This document shows positions 13,690 through 26,784 of a DNA stretch of 64,000 bases, piece after piece (position 1 is the stretch's first letter; every line of letters starts with the position of its first letter). The stretch covers positions 30,072,001 through 30,136,000 of the forward strand of contig CM052817.1 of NCBI GenBank assembly GCA_028534125.1, read 5' to 3'. This stretch comes from Lama glama. Its lineage: Eukaryota. A program made the translations under genes and the position numbers. The notes under the pieces were generated by a model. The model saw only the letters and a list, made by a program, of their open reading frames with translations. It had not been told where the DNA came from and ran no database searches.

Positions 13690-14220
13690 TAACTCAAGTT
13701 ATGGCGATTTATGTTTGACCAATCAGGTGCAATTCTGTGAGATCTGAAAGACAGATGCAATGTGAAGACTGTGCTTCTATTGTTTCAGCTGTTTCTGCTG
13801 GTAAGCAGAGTGCTAACGTGGTTGATTTTACTGTGGCAGCAGTAGCAGGCATCCCAGTCACTAACCTCATAGATGCTAAGAGGCAGGACACAGCATGAAT
13901 TTTCTGGTAAAGACCATATGTAGCACAATGTGTTTCTGGACCAAGCAACATCATACTAGTTTCCTGCCTGGGGGTCTTCTTGATTGTAGTTATGGTCTTA
14001 ACAGATTTTGGGGCAGTGATTTTTCATCATAGGAGAGGTAATAGCCTTGCTGGCCTGGTACTACAGTGAAGATATTGAGAATTTTCCTGTAAATTCATCC
14101 CATATTCTATTTTATTAACCTTACCACAATTCTGTAAGCTGTTTTTTAAAACTCTGTAACAAACAGTTTCCTGCTTAAAATAGTGGGCTGTTTTCTTCAA
14201 CTGAAATCTGATTAATATAG
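13690..14220 (+). mobile_element. Old ERVL-class LTR (LTR33-like), putative 3' LTR
   Basis: gaccaatcaggtgc...cttctattgtttcagctgtttctgctggtaagcag...cctgcttaaaatag...actgaaatctgattaata shows the same motif order as 10770-11335. Confidence 0.5.
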
Positions 14221-15154
14221 TATATTTACTCCATAAAATAATTATGTATATTTTTATTTATGAATAAGACACTTTTAATGCCCTGTAAACTATTAGCACA
14301 GCTCATACAAGATGAATACCCTTCATGTTCCTGTATATTTTCTTCTAAAATTATCTGCAGTAATTCTAATTCCTTTTAAAATCAAAATCAATCCATTTAA
14401 ATTTTATTACTTTGAGTAATCATCCAATTCAGGCACTGGATTTTTCAAATAGTTTCATGCTTCAGAAATGGGCACAATGTTTATAGAGATACTTGCAGTT
14501 TTTCCATGAGTAGTTAATTACAATTTTTTTTAATAACAAATACTATCACAATGACCACAACTGCATCCTGATGTATGCAATCTTAAGATGCTTTCTAGGC
14601 ACTTATCTCTTTAATTAGTTAATTCTTTTTTGTTATTTAATTGAGTAATAGAAGGCACAACTATCACAGACAATGATAGAAGATTGAATGTTGCTGCATC
14701 ATCAAGATGAAGTCCTTGCCCTTTAAGCTTTAAGTAGAATCTGGCTGAAGTCAACTTCCGGAATTTCTTTTGAAAGACTTATTCAGTCAAGAAATCTGTT
14801 AACATTTATTGAACATTTATTATATTCAGAGAACTGAAGTCTGCAATAGAGAGCATAGGAAAAGCAATGCCAAAACATCGTTTTTAAACAGTGACATTCA
14901 CTTGCCCATGCTGTTTTATATAACTGAGGCTACATGCAAAAAATTAATCAAACAAAATCCTCAGGGAAAAGATCTGATGGCATCCACTTGACTGTTGCTA
15001 TGGGTTCCTTCCCTAGTTCTCTGCTTTAGATGCTGGAGTTTCATCCTGGAGGTTCCTGGTGGGCTAACACATGATTTTTGTAAAATCTTAGTAGACATGT
15101 AAGTAATTTACATTCATTCTTTAGAAGGCAAGAGAATTATAGAATCATTGTGTA

Positions 15155-16050
15155 TTTTTCTTTATTGACGTATAGTTGATTTACAATATTGTCTTAGTTT
15201 CAGGTGTGTGGCAAAGTAATTCAGATACATGTATATATATAAGAATACATATGTATTTTTTCTTATTCTTTTCCATTATAGGTTGTTACTAGATATTGAA
15301 TATACTTCCCTGTGCTATACAGTAGGTCCTTGTTGTTTATCTGTTTTATATATAATAGTGAGTATCTGTTAATCTCATACGCCCAGTTTAACCTTCCCCC
15401 AGCTTTGGGAACCATAGGCTTGTTTTCTATGTCTGTAACTTTGTTTCTGTTTTGTAAATAAGTTCACTTGTACGATTTTTTAAATTCCACATTTAAGTGA
15501 TACCACATTTGCCTTTCTCTGTCTGATTTCACTTAGTATGATAATCTCCAGGTCCAGCCATGTTTCTGCAAATGTCATTATTTCATTCTTTTAATGGCTG
15601 AGTAATATTTGATTGTATACATATACCACATCCTCTTTGTCCATTCATCTGTCAATGGACACTTAGGTTGCTTCTATCATCTTGGCTATTGTAAATATTG
15701 CTGCTATTAACATTGGGGTACATGTATCTTTTCAAATTAGAGTTTTCATCTTTTCTGGATAGATGCCCAGGGGTGGGATTACTGGATCATATAGTAACCC
15801 TATTTTTGGTTTTTTTCCATATTGTTTTCCATAGTGGATGCATCAATTTACATCCCCATTAACAGTGCAAGGTATTTGCTTTTCTCCACACCCTCTCCAG
15901 CATTTATTATTTATAGACTTTTTGATGGTGGCCACTCTGATCAGTGTGAGGTGATAACTCATTGTAGTTTTGATTTGCATTTCCCTAATAATTAGCCACG
16001 TTGAGGATTTTTTCATGTGTCTGTTGACTATCTGTCACTTCTTTGGAGAA
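15155..16050 (-). mobile_element. LINE-1 3' end (L1MA9/artiodactyl L1-like)
   Basis: Contains tttattgacgtatagttgatttacaatattg...ccattcatctgtcaatggacacttaggttg...ttttgatttgcatttccctaataatt. Confidence 0.9.
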
Positions 16051-16139
16051 TAGTACCACTGTGTAATTTAATGGAAAGACCATGACATTTGAAAAATTAC
16101 AAATGTGATTTTAGGCAAATTATTTAGCCTTAGCCCCCC

Positions 16140-16400
16140 AAAAAATTATCTAGAAAGCAACATAGAGGATTAAGATGTGGAAAACATAAAAGAGAGGGTA
16201 AGGAACACGGAGGATAGAGTGGAAATATCTAGCATATCTATAATGGGCACTCCAGAGAGAGAGGGGAAACTAAATAGAGGAGAAAGAATGTCATTTAAAG
16301 CAATAATACCTGAAAAACTAATAAAAGAAACAACACACAGGTTCAACATTTCTCACTGAAATCTAATCAAAAGCTTTGAAAAAGATGAGTATAATCTCTG
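16140..16400 (+). mobile_element. Old LINE-1 ORF1 remnant
   Basis: Translation MENIKERVRNTEDRVEISSISIMGTPE resembles the L1 ORF1p coiled-coil/RRM junction. Confidence 0.6.
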
Positions 16401-16668
16401 CCAGTAAAAATATTATAGACTAATGGAGAAAACAAATATTGAGTAACTGTGGGCAACATTGGAGCCCAGCGATGAGCACAGGGGCATGCAGTCAGACACA
16501 GGTTTTTCACAAAGGTTATGTGGAGCTTCATGCAGTGTCCAGGTCAGTGGAAAGGGTGTGCAGAGAGTACTAGCTTCCCTACAGAAAGAACCAGACATGC
16601 AATAGGACTTCTCTCCTCCAACGTAATTAATGCCTTTTGTGGGACAGCTGAGAGAGGCAAGCAAGAAA

Positions 16669-17168
16669 NNNNNNNNNNNNNNNNNNNNNNNNNNNNNNNN
16701 NNNNNNNNNNNNNNNNNNNNNNNNNNNNNNNNNNNNNNNNNNNNNNNNNNNNNNNNNNNNNNNNNNNNNNNNNNNNNNNNNNNNNNNNNNNNNNNNNNNN
16801 NNNNNNNNNNNNNNNNNNNNNNNNNNNNNNNNNNNNNNNNNNNNNNNNNNNNNNNNNNNNNNNNNNNNNNNNNNNNNNNNNNNNNNNNNNNNNNNNNNNN
16901 NNNNNNNNNNNNNNNNNNNNNNNNNNNNNNNNNNNNNNNNNNNNNNNNNNNNNNNNNNNNNNNNNNNNNNNNNNNNNNNNNNNNNNNNNNNNNNNNNNNN
17001 NNNNNNNNNNNNNNNNNNNNNNNNNNNNNNNNNNNNNNNNNNNNNNNNNNNNNNNNNNNNNNNNNNNNNNNNNNNNNNNNNNNNNNNNNNNNNNNNNNNN
17101 NNNNNNNNNNNNNNNNNNNNNNNNNNNNNNNNNNNNNNNNNNNNNNNNNNNNNNNNNNNNNNNNNNNN
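16669..17168. other. Assembly gap (500 N)
   Basis: Run of exactly 500 n. Confidence 1.
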
Positions 17169-17424
17169 CACCCCAGTTCTGCCCATCTCTTCACCCTCTT
17201 GTTTTGGTCTTGTTCTTGCAGTTTGAATCTGTTGATTGTAATTGTCCTGGAATATTATTTGCTGGAATAATTTCTGTTTGACATTAATCTTCAGTCTCCT
17301 CCCAGTCATGGATCACTTTGGTTAGGAAACAGAGAAAGTAAAACCTCTAACTCCATAGGAAGTTCTTTGAAACCTCAGTTTCTCCTTTACTGAATCTGTT
17401 ACAACAAAGGTGACATGAAAATTT

Positions 17425-17765
17425 TGTCTTACATATGGAATCTTAAAAAAATAAAATGCAGTTTATAAGGCTGAACTCATAGTAATAGAGAATAGAGTTG
17501 GTGTTACCAAAGATTGGGGCATGGTGGAAAAGGGGAGATAAAACAGATAGAGTGATGGTTGCCAGAGGCTGGGAGGAGGGGGTCATGGGGAGTTATTGTT
17601 TAATGGAGGCAGAATTTCAGTTTTGCAAGATGAAAGGAGTTTTGGAGACGGATGGTGGTGATAATTGCACAACAATATGAATATACTTAATACCACTCAA
17701 CTGTATACTTAAAAATGGTTAAGATAATAAATTTTGTCATGTATATTTTATTGCAATAAAAAATG
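17425..17765 (+). mobile_element. LINE-1 3' end fragment(s) (L1MB-like)
   Basis: Contains atggttgccagaggctggga...gatggtggtgataattgcacaacaat...aaaatggttaagat...caataaaaaa. Confidence 0.85.
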
Positions 17766-19967
17766 GGGAAGAGGGACACTTCTGGAATATTTCTCTCTTA
17801 CCTTTTGTGATGGAAACATAATTTGTTTTCACTTTTCTATATAAAAAGCACTTTTTCTATCAGAATATAAATTATAATAAATTCCTAGGTGGTAAAAAGG
17901 AATTGTCCCCTAGGAGGACCCCACTTATCAATCATGACCCATTTACCTGAGCCACCGGTCAAATCACCTCCATACTTATTGAAACATTGTGTTAATGGGG
18001 CAATTGCAAATTATTAAAGTAGATGGCCTATCACCCCAATGTAATCCAGGCTTGAGTACCTTTGGTAATAGAGCTGTATATAACAAAATATATGAAATAC
18101 ATATGTTTTCTCTCTCCTGCATATTAGTCTATATTTTTATGTTATGTACACTATGCAGACCTATAAACATTAACAATTTAGTTACGAATTATATCATCCT
18201 TAAGTAGTTGACTTCCATCAATTAGAAAACCCAATGATTTATGTGAGTATGGAGAATGATAGTCCTTTTCCACTTTCTTCCATTATTTTTAAATTTTATT
18301 TTCATTTTTGGAGTTTTTCAAAGTAAACAAAATCTTATTTAAGCATAATAGCCAATGTTTTGAGGTGTATGCTGGGCCTTTCCCCCTTCAATGGGCATTG
18401 CCTTTCTCTCTGCAGAGCTACACCCAGAAGTTGTGCTTTTCTTTTTCACACTAGGTTTTATAGCTGATTAGGCCAAACTGCTCCTGATTTTACTCAAGAG
18501 TTTAAACTGAGCTACACAGGCAGTGAATCTAGTTATTCCAGAGCATTGGTAAAGTCCGCAGCCCAGCTCTACCTCCCCTGACTTCAGGGGCTTTGTGGCT
18601 CACTATGAGACATCTTATATCCCTTCCCTGAGTTCCTTTTGTGCTCAGACTAGTTGGAAGTTGCCTTTGTGCTTAGTCAAAGAAATTGTGACCTTCAGTA
18701 AACAAGATATGACTTTCAGTAAAATAGTTCCTTAACAGCACTACCTAAAGCTCCCTAAAGGAGTGAAAAAGTTCAATATAATTACTGGATAGGATACCAG
18801 CTTATAGGAAAGAGGAATGCAATGATCAGTATGAGGTAAAGTTTTTAAAAAAATTAGAGAATTATAAACATTTTTCTCCTCTGGTACAGATACAGTTGTC
18901 TGGAATGGATTGGACTTTGAGATAAGCCTTAGGGTGACCCCTTCTACATGCTCGTGAAGTCTCCTTCAAGCTCATTAAGAGGACAGGTGTAATGACTTTT
19001 AAGTAGTGATACACTCTTTGATATTTCCATTTATCTGGCATTCCACATGTATTTTAGTTAGAAAGTAAAACAACTTCCAGTGAGTGCAAGAACAATTCAA
19101 AACTGATATGCTTCAATCATTGGTTTACAGTTGTTTTTCATTATTCTACATCTTAAGACATGATTTAGAAATTCTCCATTAATAGAAGAAATGTTATACT
19201 ATTTCAAGCCATTAGTGGTGCGAATTTTCTAGGTAAATGAATCCTAAATAATTAAGCTCCAAAATGTTCGCTGCAATTATTGATGGAGAAAGTTCATAAT
19301 TTTTAAGTTTCCCTGATTTCTTAAACCAAGAACTTTGGACATAATTCAACATTTTGTCACGGAGCAGCTCAGGGACTTAGAGCTATTTTTACTACTTGAA
19401 TCTGGTTTTTCATTTTTCTAGTTCTCTCTCTGTATCTGAGAACCTCTGATACAGATAATATTGATAATTAGAGAGTTAATTAATATTGACCACAGACTTG
19501 AAAATATAAAGCCTTCTCCATTTGGCAGTGCAACAGTCTTCAAGGACTACCATTATTTGAGTCTTACTGCTTTCTCAGCAGTTGCCTTGGCTTTGCAATT
19601 TAAAGGTGAGGCAAAACTTTTAACTCCCTAGAAAACCCCTTGAAGCCTCAGTTCCTCCCATTCTGAATTCTTCGAAGCAAAATGACATAAATGCTTCCAT
19701 TTATACCATGCTCTCATTTACATGAATTCGACAAAGCCTGGACTATAAATTGACACTGGAGAAACTAGCTGGGTAGAGTTGAATGTAGTTCTGTGCTGGC
19801 TGTAATTGAACTGATATGTGAATTTGAAACTGTAAACAACTCACCTCATTATTTAAGTTGACTATACTTTACTTCAGGGAAATAGCAAAAAAAGTTATAA
19901 ATAAATATTTTTAAAAATATTTTATTAAAAAGCATAGGCTGAAAATGACAATGAGAATATAACTTTG

Positions 19968-19979
19968 TATATATATATA

Positions 19980-20019
<40 letters not shown>
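19968..20019. repeat. Compound microsatellite (TA)n(TG)n(TA)n
   Basis: Seen directly. Confidence 0.95.
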
Positions 20020-20349
20020 GTCACATTGTTCATAATTAACTACAGGCCTGTGGATACAAATTGAGAGTAAGAGTAATTTTAATTAATTGATTAGATAGTG
20101 AAATTTCAAGAATGAATACTTGGCTATATAAGTTTTGATGCAACTTAAATTCACTATATTATGTACAAAACTAACTTGTTCATTTAAATTTTTATTTAAT
20201 TTTTTTGTTTCTTTTTTTCTTTACTAATATAGACTAAACTAAAAGCTATAGACAAGCAAGCAGAAGTCTCTAAAAAAGAAACAGGTTAGAAGGAGTCCAT
20301 GAACATGATAGGTTTATAAAATGAAAACATGACACATGGCTGGAGGGTA

Positions 20350-20482
20350 GACACATGGCTTAGGCAGTTTAAAAACTTTCTCATAACCCCTCATTCACAT
20401 AAGATTCCAACGAGGGTAGGACCAATGATTTTTAAAAGTCCTCAGGTAATTTTATAGTGTGGCAAGCGTTGAGAAATACTGT
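20350..20482 (+). mobile_element. MER5-like hAT DNA transposon fragment
   Basis: tttttaaaagtcctcaggtaattt...gttgagaaatactg terminus. Confidence 0.5.
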
Positions 20483-20707
20483 ATGAGAACTTGCCATGTT
20501 GTTAAAAATTGCTTTGCTATTATACCTTTTTGACATTTAAAAGCATTTAATTTCAGTGATATTAGCAATAATAGCAATAATCAAGAGGAACTCATTTAAA
20601 CAATACTGCATTAAATTAAAAGAATAGATCCAACAAGAAAACTGCAAGATTTCTGGTTTACAAATAGAATGATGAACTTGAGTCTAGCTAAAGAAAAGAA
20701 AATCTTA

Positions 20708-20713
20708 TTTATT
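20708..20713 (-). terminator. Candidate distal polyadenylation signal AATAAA
   Basis: tttatt on the + strand. On the minus strand it is followed by taagattttcttttcttt, and recognisable repeats resume shortly afterwards. Confidence 0.5.
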
Positions 20714-23700
20714 GTATTTGACAGTTTCATGTAAATGTGACACTTTGTACGATAGAGGGTAGCTAATTTTCTGGGTAAGCTGCTATACTTTCCCTAGCAC
20801 CACTTTCTTAAAGTGTTAAAGAGATCAGCATTACAATTCATGGTACCCTCACTAAAATTTCAAGGTGGGTTCGTACTTTTCCTATCATGCTGTAACTTTT
20901 TTATTTAAAAAAAATTCAAAAAACTAATAACATTTAAAATCACTATTACAAAATATTAGTGTTATATCCCAATATAAAAGAGTCACATATGCAGTGAATT
21001 AAATTCTTGTAAGCAAACATGTAGTGAATGATTAGAGTACAAAAAACACAATTTTCAGATCAAATATATTTAAATTAATTTTAATAAGTACAAAAAGATA
21101 ATGTTTAGCATTAATTTGCATGTGATTATTTAAGGAATTTTTAAACAGCAAGCACACTGACACATTCAATAAAGGTCAAATTATCTTACATAAAAAATAA
21201 TGACTTTTCTCAGTTACAACAAGGTCACAAATTACAAATATTATTAGCACTTGAATGATTTTCTCAAACCAGAAAACCTACCATACAAGCACACCGTCAC
21301 CCAGAAAATTTCAAATTAATGACTATTCAAAATTGAGTGTTGGAACTTTATCATACATTCTCTCTGCATGTACTTTTATTATTAATGTGTAGCAAGGGAA
21401 AATGATTTCATTGCTTTTTGTTTTTTAGTTTTCTAATTTAGCAACAAATATGAAGCTTTCTTAAGTTTCCATGCACATCACCCCTAAATATTTCGTGAAA
21501 GGTCACATTCTTCAGTTTGGCCCACCTCAAAACCTGAATTTGTATCTGCACAGAAGAACTTTAAAAAATTAGATACCAATAAACTTGAAATCAATTGCAG
21601 TGCAGGCACCCCAAATCAATAATTGAGGATTTATCTATGGATGGTAAAGTTTCGTTCATGAAAACTGTAGCTCAAGTTCAATTTCATTTAGACCTCTCTA
21701 ATCATGTATTAAATTTCTTCACATAGCATGCTGGATTTAAAATACAGCCAACTGCTTCAAACAGTGTTTTGAATATTTAAAAATATATAATTGGGAACAA
21801 ATCTCTAAGCCATTATCTCTAAAGTAATTCTGGGTCTAAGGCCTTTGTTTTGCTTTCTTAATCAGATCAATTTTGTTGGAAGCACTCTAATTTATCCAAT
21901 AATACAGGCTTTCATTTGGCAACATGTTGTGGTAAACTAAGTCTTCTAAAACAAAACATGAAAAACTGAAAACTTTCTACACCAACTAAGCTAATTTAAC
22001 ACTTACAGTCCCACCACTGGCATTTATATGGTATCAGTTTACATTTCTTTCTATAGACAATAATTTGCAAAAAACTGATGAAATCAGTACATGATCCTTG
22101 AAGTCCAATAGTCTTAAATGTTACAAAAACAACAGTATGGCAAAGAAAAACAAAACCTCTCTAATCCCTAACACAGCTGTCAAAATTTAAGAAAAAGAAA
22201 AGAAGAAAAATAAAGAAGGAAGTGCTCATTATTCTGTCCTTAATCAACTTTAAGCCTTTTAAATATATTATTATACCTATGGACCAAAAAAGAAAAATAT
22301 AATGTATTCCCAGAAACTAAATTAATTCCCAGTAACCAATGTTAATGAATAGCTAGTTTCACAAAAATGATTGTTGTTTGCTGTACAATTCAGAAAAATA
22401 CAAAACTAACCGGTGGTGAATATAAAATGACTTGGTATTTGCAAAGGATCAATGGGATATTAAATTTAGTGGAGGCTTTAACAAATCTCCATTGAGAAAG
22501 TTGGAGTTCAAAGACTTATCTATCTTACCTTATAAGCAGAACTGTGATCATTTTGAATTTAATGGCTCAAAAGAGCCAACTAGAGGTACAGCAGAAAAAT
22601 GGGTACACCTTTTTAAGAAGGATGTCTCTAACCATATAGGGCTCAAGACTAAACTCCAACAGATAACTTCGTTATGGACCTATTGGAAAAAAAAAAGCTA
22701 TTCTACTAAGTTAATAACTACTTTAATAAGAGCTACGTTTGGAATTGAAATCATTAATAAAATTAACTGTTTGGATTTCATAAATTTGTCAAAATTTCTC
22801 ATACCTGGGAAATAAACACACAGACATACACATACCCCTCCTTCTAATCAAAGCTAAGACCTCATTAAAGGTTCTTCGAGAATATTACCATAAACATAAA
22901 TCTGGTCATTCTTCCCTACTGGCAATGTTGACTGATGTTACGCATTAACTTCAATATACAGTGATTTGAAGTGGGGTATATAATTATATATGTTAAAAAT
23001 ATTATTTATACAACAGGCCAAAGTAGGTCATTTCACCTAAATAAGGTTGAAAACAGTGGTCTAAATATGTTGGATCATTAAGAATTTTCAAGAAAATGAT
23101 TCAAAATTCTTATCAGAAATAGATTTTGATTATTACCTTTCCCAAATGCCTGTTACATGAACTTAATCTATCTTAATATTTTAATCATGATGCTTACCTT
23201 GATAGAATCATGACTGTTAAATATCTCTGAATATACCTATGTATATGCAATTGCTCACCTTTCTTAGGAGTTAAAAAGGAAAAATGCTTCATTAGGTTTA
23301 ATTAGCAACAAACTCATTTTTCAAGTGGGTTTTACTCTGATTTTTCCCCTGTTTTCGAGGTCTTAAATTTGTCTTTGAATTTGATGAAAATATGAGCATA
23401 TAAACTAGTGGAAAAATATGCATCTTGCGCATAAATGTTGATAATACAAGATGTGGATATTAAGAATTTTATTAAACACTGAATTTCATTTTTTAACGCA
23501 TGAATTCAATAGAGAAAAATATCATAATTTGTCTTGACCACACTGTCATGAGAAATTTTGATACACTGTCTCTGGTTCCCAAGCATGCAAGTGTTAAAAT
23601 AACCACACCCTTCCTCAGTTTTAATTTTATACTTCTGGATACTTTGGACTGAAAAAAGATAAGCCCAAGGTACCCTTAAGCCCTAAATTAAAAGGAAAAT

Positions 23701-26214
23701 AAGTACACTACACGGTAGCCATGGGTCAACTCAAGATTCCCTGGAACTCTGAATCTTTTTATATGAAAAAAAAAATCTTGGAATTGCTTCAAAAATATGC
23801 AGATGGGCGTAGGAATGCCAGAAGACTAATAACAGGAACAGCCTGATTAATAACCTATGAATACGGCCCCAGGTTTCAAAATACGTAATAAACATTCTGA
23901 CGATTCATAAGGTCTGAAGGTACCCAGTATGGAGCATTTGAAAAAAAAAATTCTTAATAGACGTTGAAGAACCATGACTCTGCAGGAGATGACCTGAGCT
24001 ACTTCCCTTGTCCTCCCATTGGAATGATGACAGGCCACACCAAAGTTCAACATCCTTAGAATCCTTGGAGCTTTGGTGCCCTTCCAGAATCTATGATATC
24101 ATGGCAGAGCTCAGCAGCTTCAACCAACAATATGAAAAGAGCCACATCATAAAACATTACATATACACATACCAAAGTTATGAGTGAAATAATAGCTTTT
24201 GTGTTCTTTTAAAATTAACTATGAACTATTCAAGAACAAAAATTGGAAACGTGGCTCAAGGGGATCACTTATCCAAACCTGAGATAAATTCGAAATAGAG
24301 AGATCCCTGAAAAGATTGCTAAACATTAAGTTTGGCACTTAAAAACTCACTGAAGTTTAAAAAATTATCAAATGATTATATTACTACAGTTTTTATATTC
24401 AAACCAATGAGTACATAAATAGGTGAAAAGAGCAAAACAGCCAGCATCTTAGCACACTTGTAGTCTCATAACTCATTAAACAGCTCTCAGCGCTAAATTA
24501 ATTCATGTATTACATTTGGTCTTTGATTTTCAGTCTTTGTAAGAATGAGATGCACTCGGATTTTCAACTAAATTCTGCCGGTGTGATGTGAGTGGTATTA
24601 ACACCATCCCTATGGCCTGGTGAATACTAGGAAGTAAAAAATATTTGTGGAGTAAGCATTAGCTTAGCCGGAGCAGTAGCTATACAATGATGAGATTATA
24701 TCTCCATATATGTACATGTATTTATCTACATTTTGTACATACCATAACTCTTTATGTCAATGTACAGCTGCATTCAATAGTCATACATATTATGGGCCAA
24801 AGAGACCATTGTTAGTTGATTAAAAATGTTTCCTGAAAAATTAACCTTATTTTAATAAGTCCATGTCACTTTTATTTTGTGTTTTTAAAATGATTTATGA
24901 AAGGGAGAAAAATGTAAAGACTCTGGTTCTGTAGTATTAATCCTTTCCCATGAAGCATCTTCCCTCCCTCCAGCAAGATCAAAGGCTCCTTTTGATTTAT
25001 CCAAACGTTAAAAGATTAAGAAGGGTGTAAAAAAAATACACCAAAGTTAGAGAAACAATAGCAAATCCTGATCCACATGATAGGCAAATCTCAGCTGTCA
25101 GCATGTCCTTAGGCTCAATAAGATTTAAACAACTGAAACTAAAAATAAACATAACAGTAAGTTTTCTGGTCAATCTACCGTAAATTTGAATAAAACTGGT
25201 ACCACCAATGTAGGTGCAGCTTTCTGCCAAAGGGATGGATGAGTCTTTTCTGTGGTCCTACAGATACTTCTATTTACAACTATTTTTACATATGTACATA
25301 TTTATAAATTTATAGTGTATAGTCACATATTAAGAGGGCAATGCAGAACTTATAAGAACAATATTTTTAAACCGTTTAATAATACTAACCATACATTTTT
25401 ATTGCTTGACTTCAAGCATTGTGTACTGTTTGGACTACTGTACCCTTCTGTAAACCACCCAGAAGAGCTATGTTATATTTAAATGTGTAAGAAAATAAGA
25501 TATCTCCCATTCTAGTATATGAATCAAATGCACTTTTAAAACTATTTAGATGTCAGAGAAGGTGTTATTGAAAGGGAAGTAAATAAATACATTTATTGGC
25601 TCATGTTGCAAGTTTATTTTATTAAGGGTTATGGATTTCCTTTTGTGAGGGAATTTTTAATATCAAAGCTGTCTTCATGGCAAATTCTGCTCGTAAGATG
25701 CATTTGTGACCTTGGTATTAATACAGTCATGCAAAGCACATAATAGAATCACACTGAAACAAGAAAAATGAAAAAAAAATTTAAATGAGGCAAAGGAATA
25801 GCAGTTTTTGTTGTGATTTTGCTTATTTCCATAGGATAATCCTTTTACTGATTTTATGAACATACCTATTTATGCACTATACTGAAATACTGTACAAAAC
25901 TGCAAGAAATGCCACTATTTGACTACTTATGTTTCTACAAAAACACCATCAGAAAGGTGTATCTATTAGTAAAAGTCAACTAATAACTGCTAATGTATAT
26001 GTGAGTCGAAAGGATTTTAAGTTTGCCAAAACTGTTGCATCTAGGCATAAGACACAATTGTTAACTTCTATTAACATATTTCAGGGAGATAGAGAGTATT
26101 TTTTAAATATTAAAAGAAAAATGAGTTTTATCCATTAATAATTAGTAATTATATAAAATTGAAAATTTTGGTTTCTAATTTAGCTACGTTTGTGTATGTG
26201 TCCTAATTTAGCTA

Positions 26215-26216
<2 letters not shown>

Positions 26217-26250
<34 letters not shown>

Positions 26251-26257
26251 CTTGTGA

Positions 26258-26288
<31 letters not shown>
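26217..26288. repeat. (TG)n/(GA)n microsatellite in the GABRA2 3' UTR
   Basis: About 16 perfect TG units, then interrupted TG and GA runs. Confidence 0.95.
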
Positions 26289-26289
<1 letters not shown>

Positions 26290-26778
26290 AGTGTTTGTGC
26301 ATGTGAACTAATCCTCAATCTGTTAGTGATGCTTTAAAGTTTCAGGTTAAAAATGTTCAACTCTTACCAAAACCTCTTCTGGTATACAAAGCTGTAAATT
26401 TGAGTCAGCGGAATTTAAAGTTGCAATTTACAAAAGCAGATTTACATTAATTCTTATCTGAAAGAGCTGCTTTCAAGACAGAAAAATGTGCCAATTAACT
26501 GCCCTTTCCTTTATAATGAGTGGCTTCTGAGTCCTGATGAAAAGAAGCCTTAAGGCAGAATTTGCAGTAAACAGGAAAGGAGAGAATCGTATAAGTGCTC
26601 GTCTATGTTCTGTGACACCTATGAATTCTCATCAGTGGGAGTTCTTGGCACACTTTTCTAATCCAATATGAATTTTGCTCCACAGCAGCCAAACTGGATA
26701 CTTGTTCCAGTCTCCAGCACCAAGAAAATTTAGCTGATCAATTTCAATGCAACACATACCTGGAAAGAGTAAGATATA

Positions 26779-26784
26779 TTTATT
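26779..26784 (-). terminator. Candidate proximal polyadenylation signal AATAAA
   Basis: tttatt on the + strand, about 760 nt downstream of the stop codon. Confidence 0.5.

Noticed and set aside
16413..17309. Long ORFs of 198-298 aa in the track
   Set aside because: Artefacts of translating through the 500-N gap.
22432..22815. 127-aa + strand ORF antisense to the 3' UTR
   Set aside because: Starts at a non-ATG codon and has no recognisable homology. Consistent with chance.
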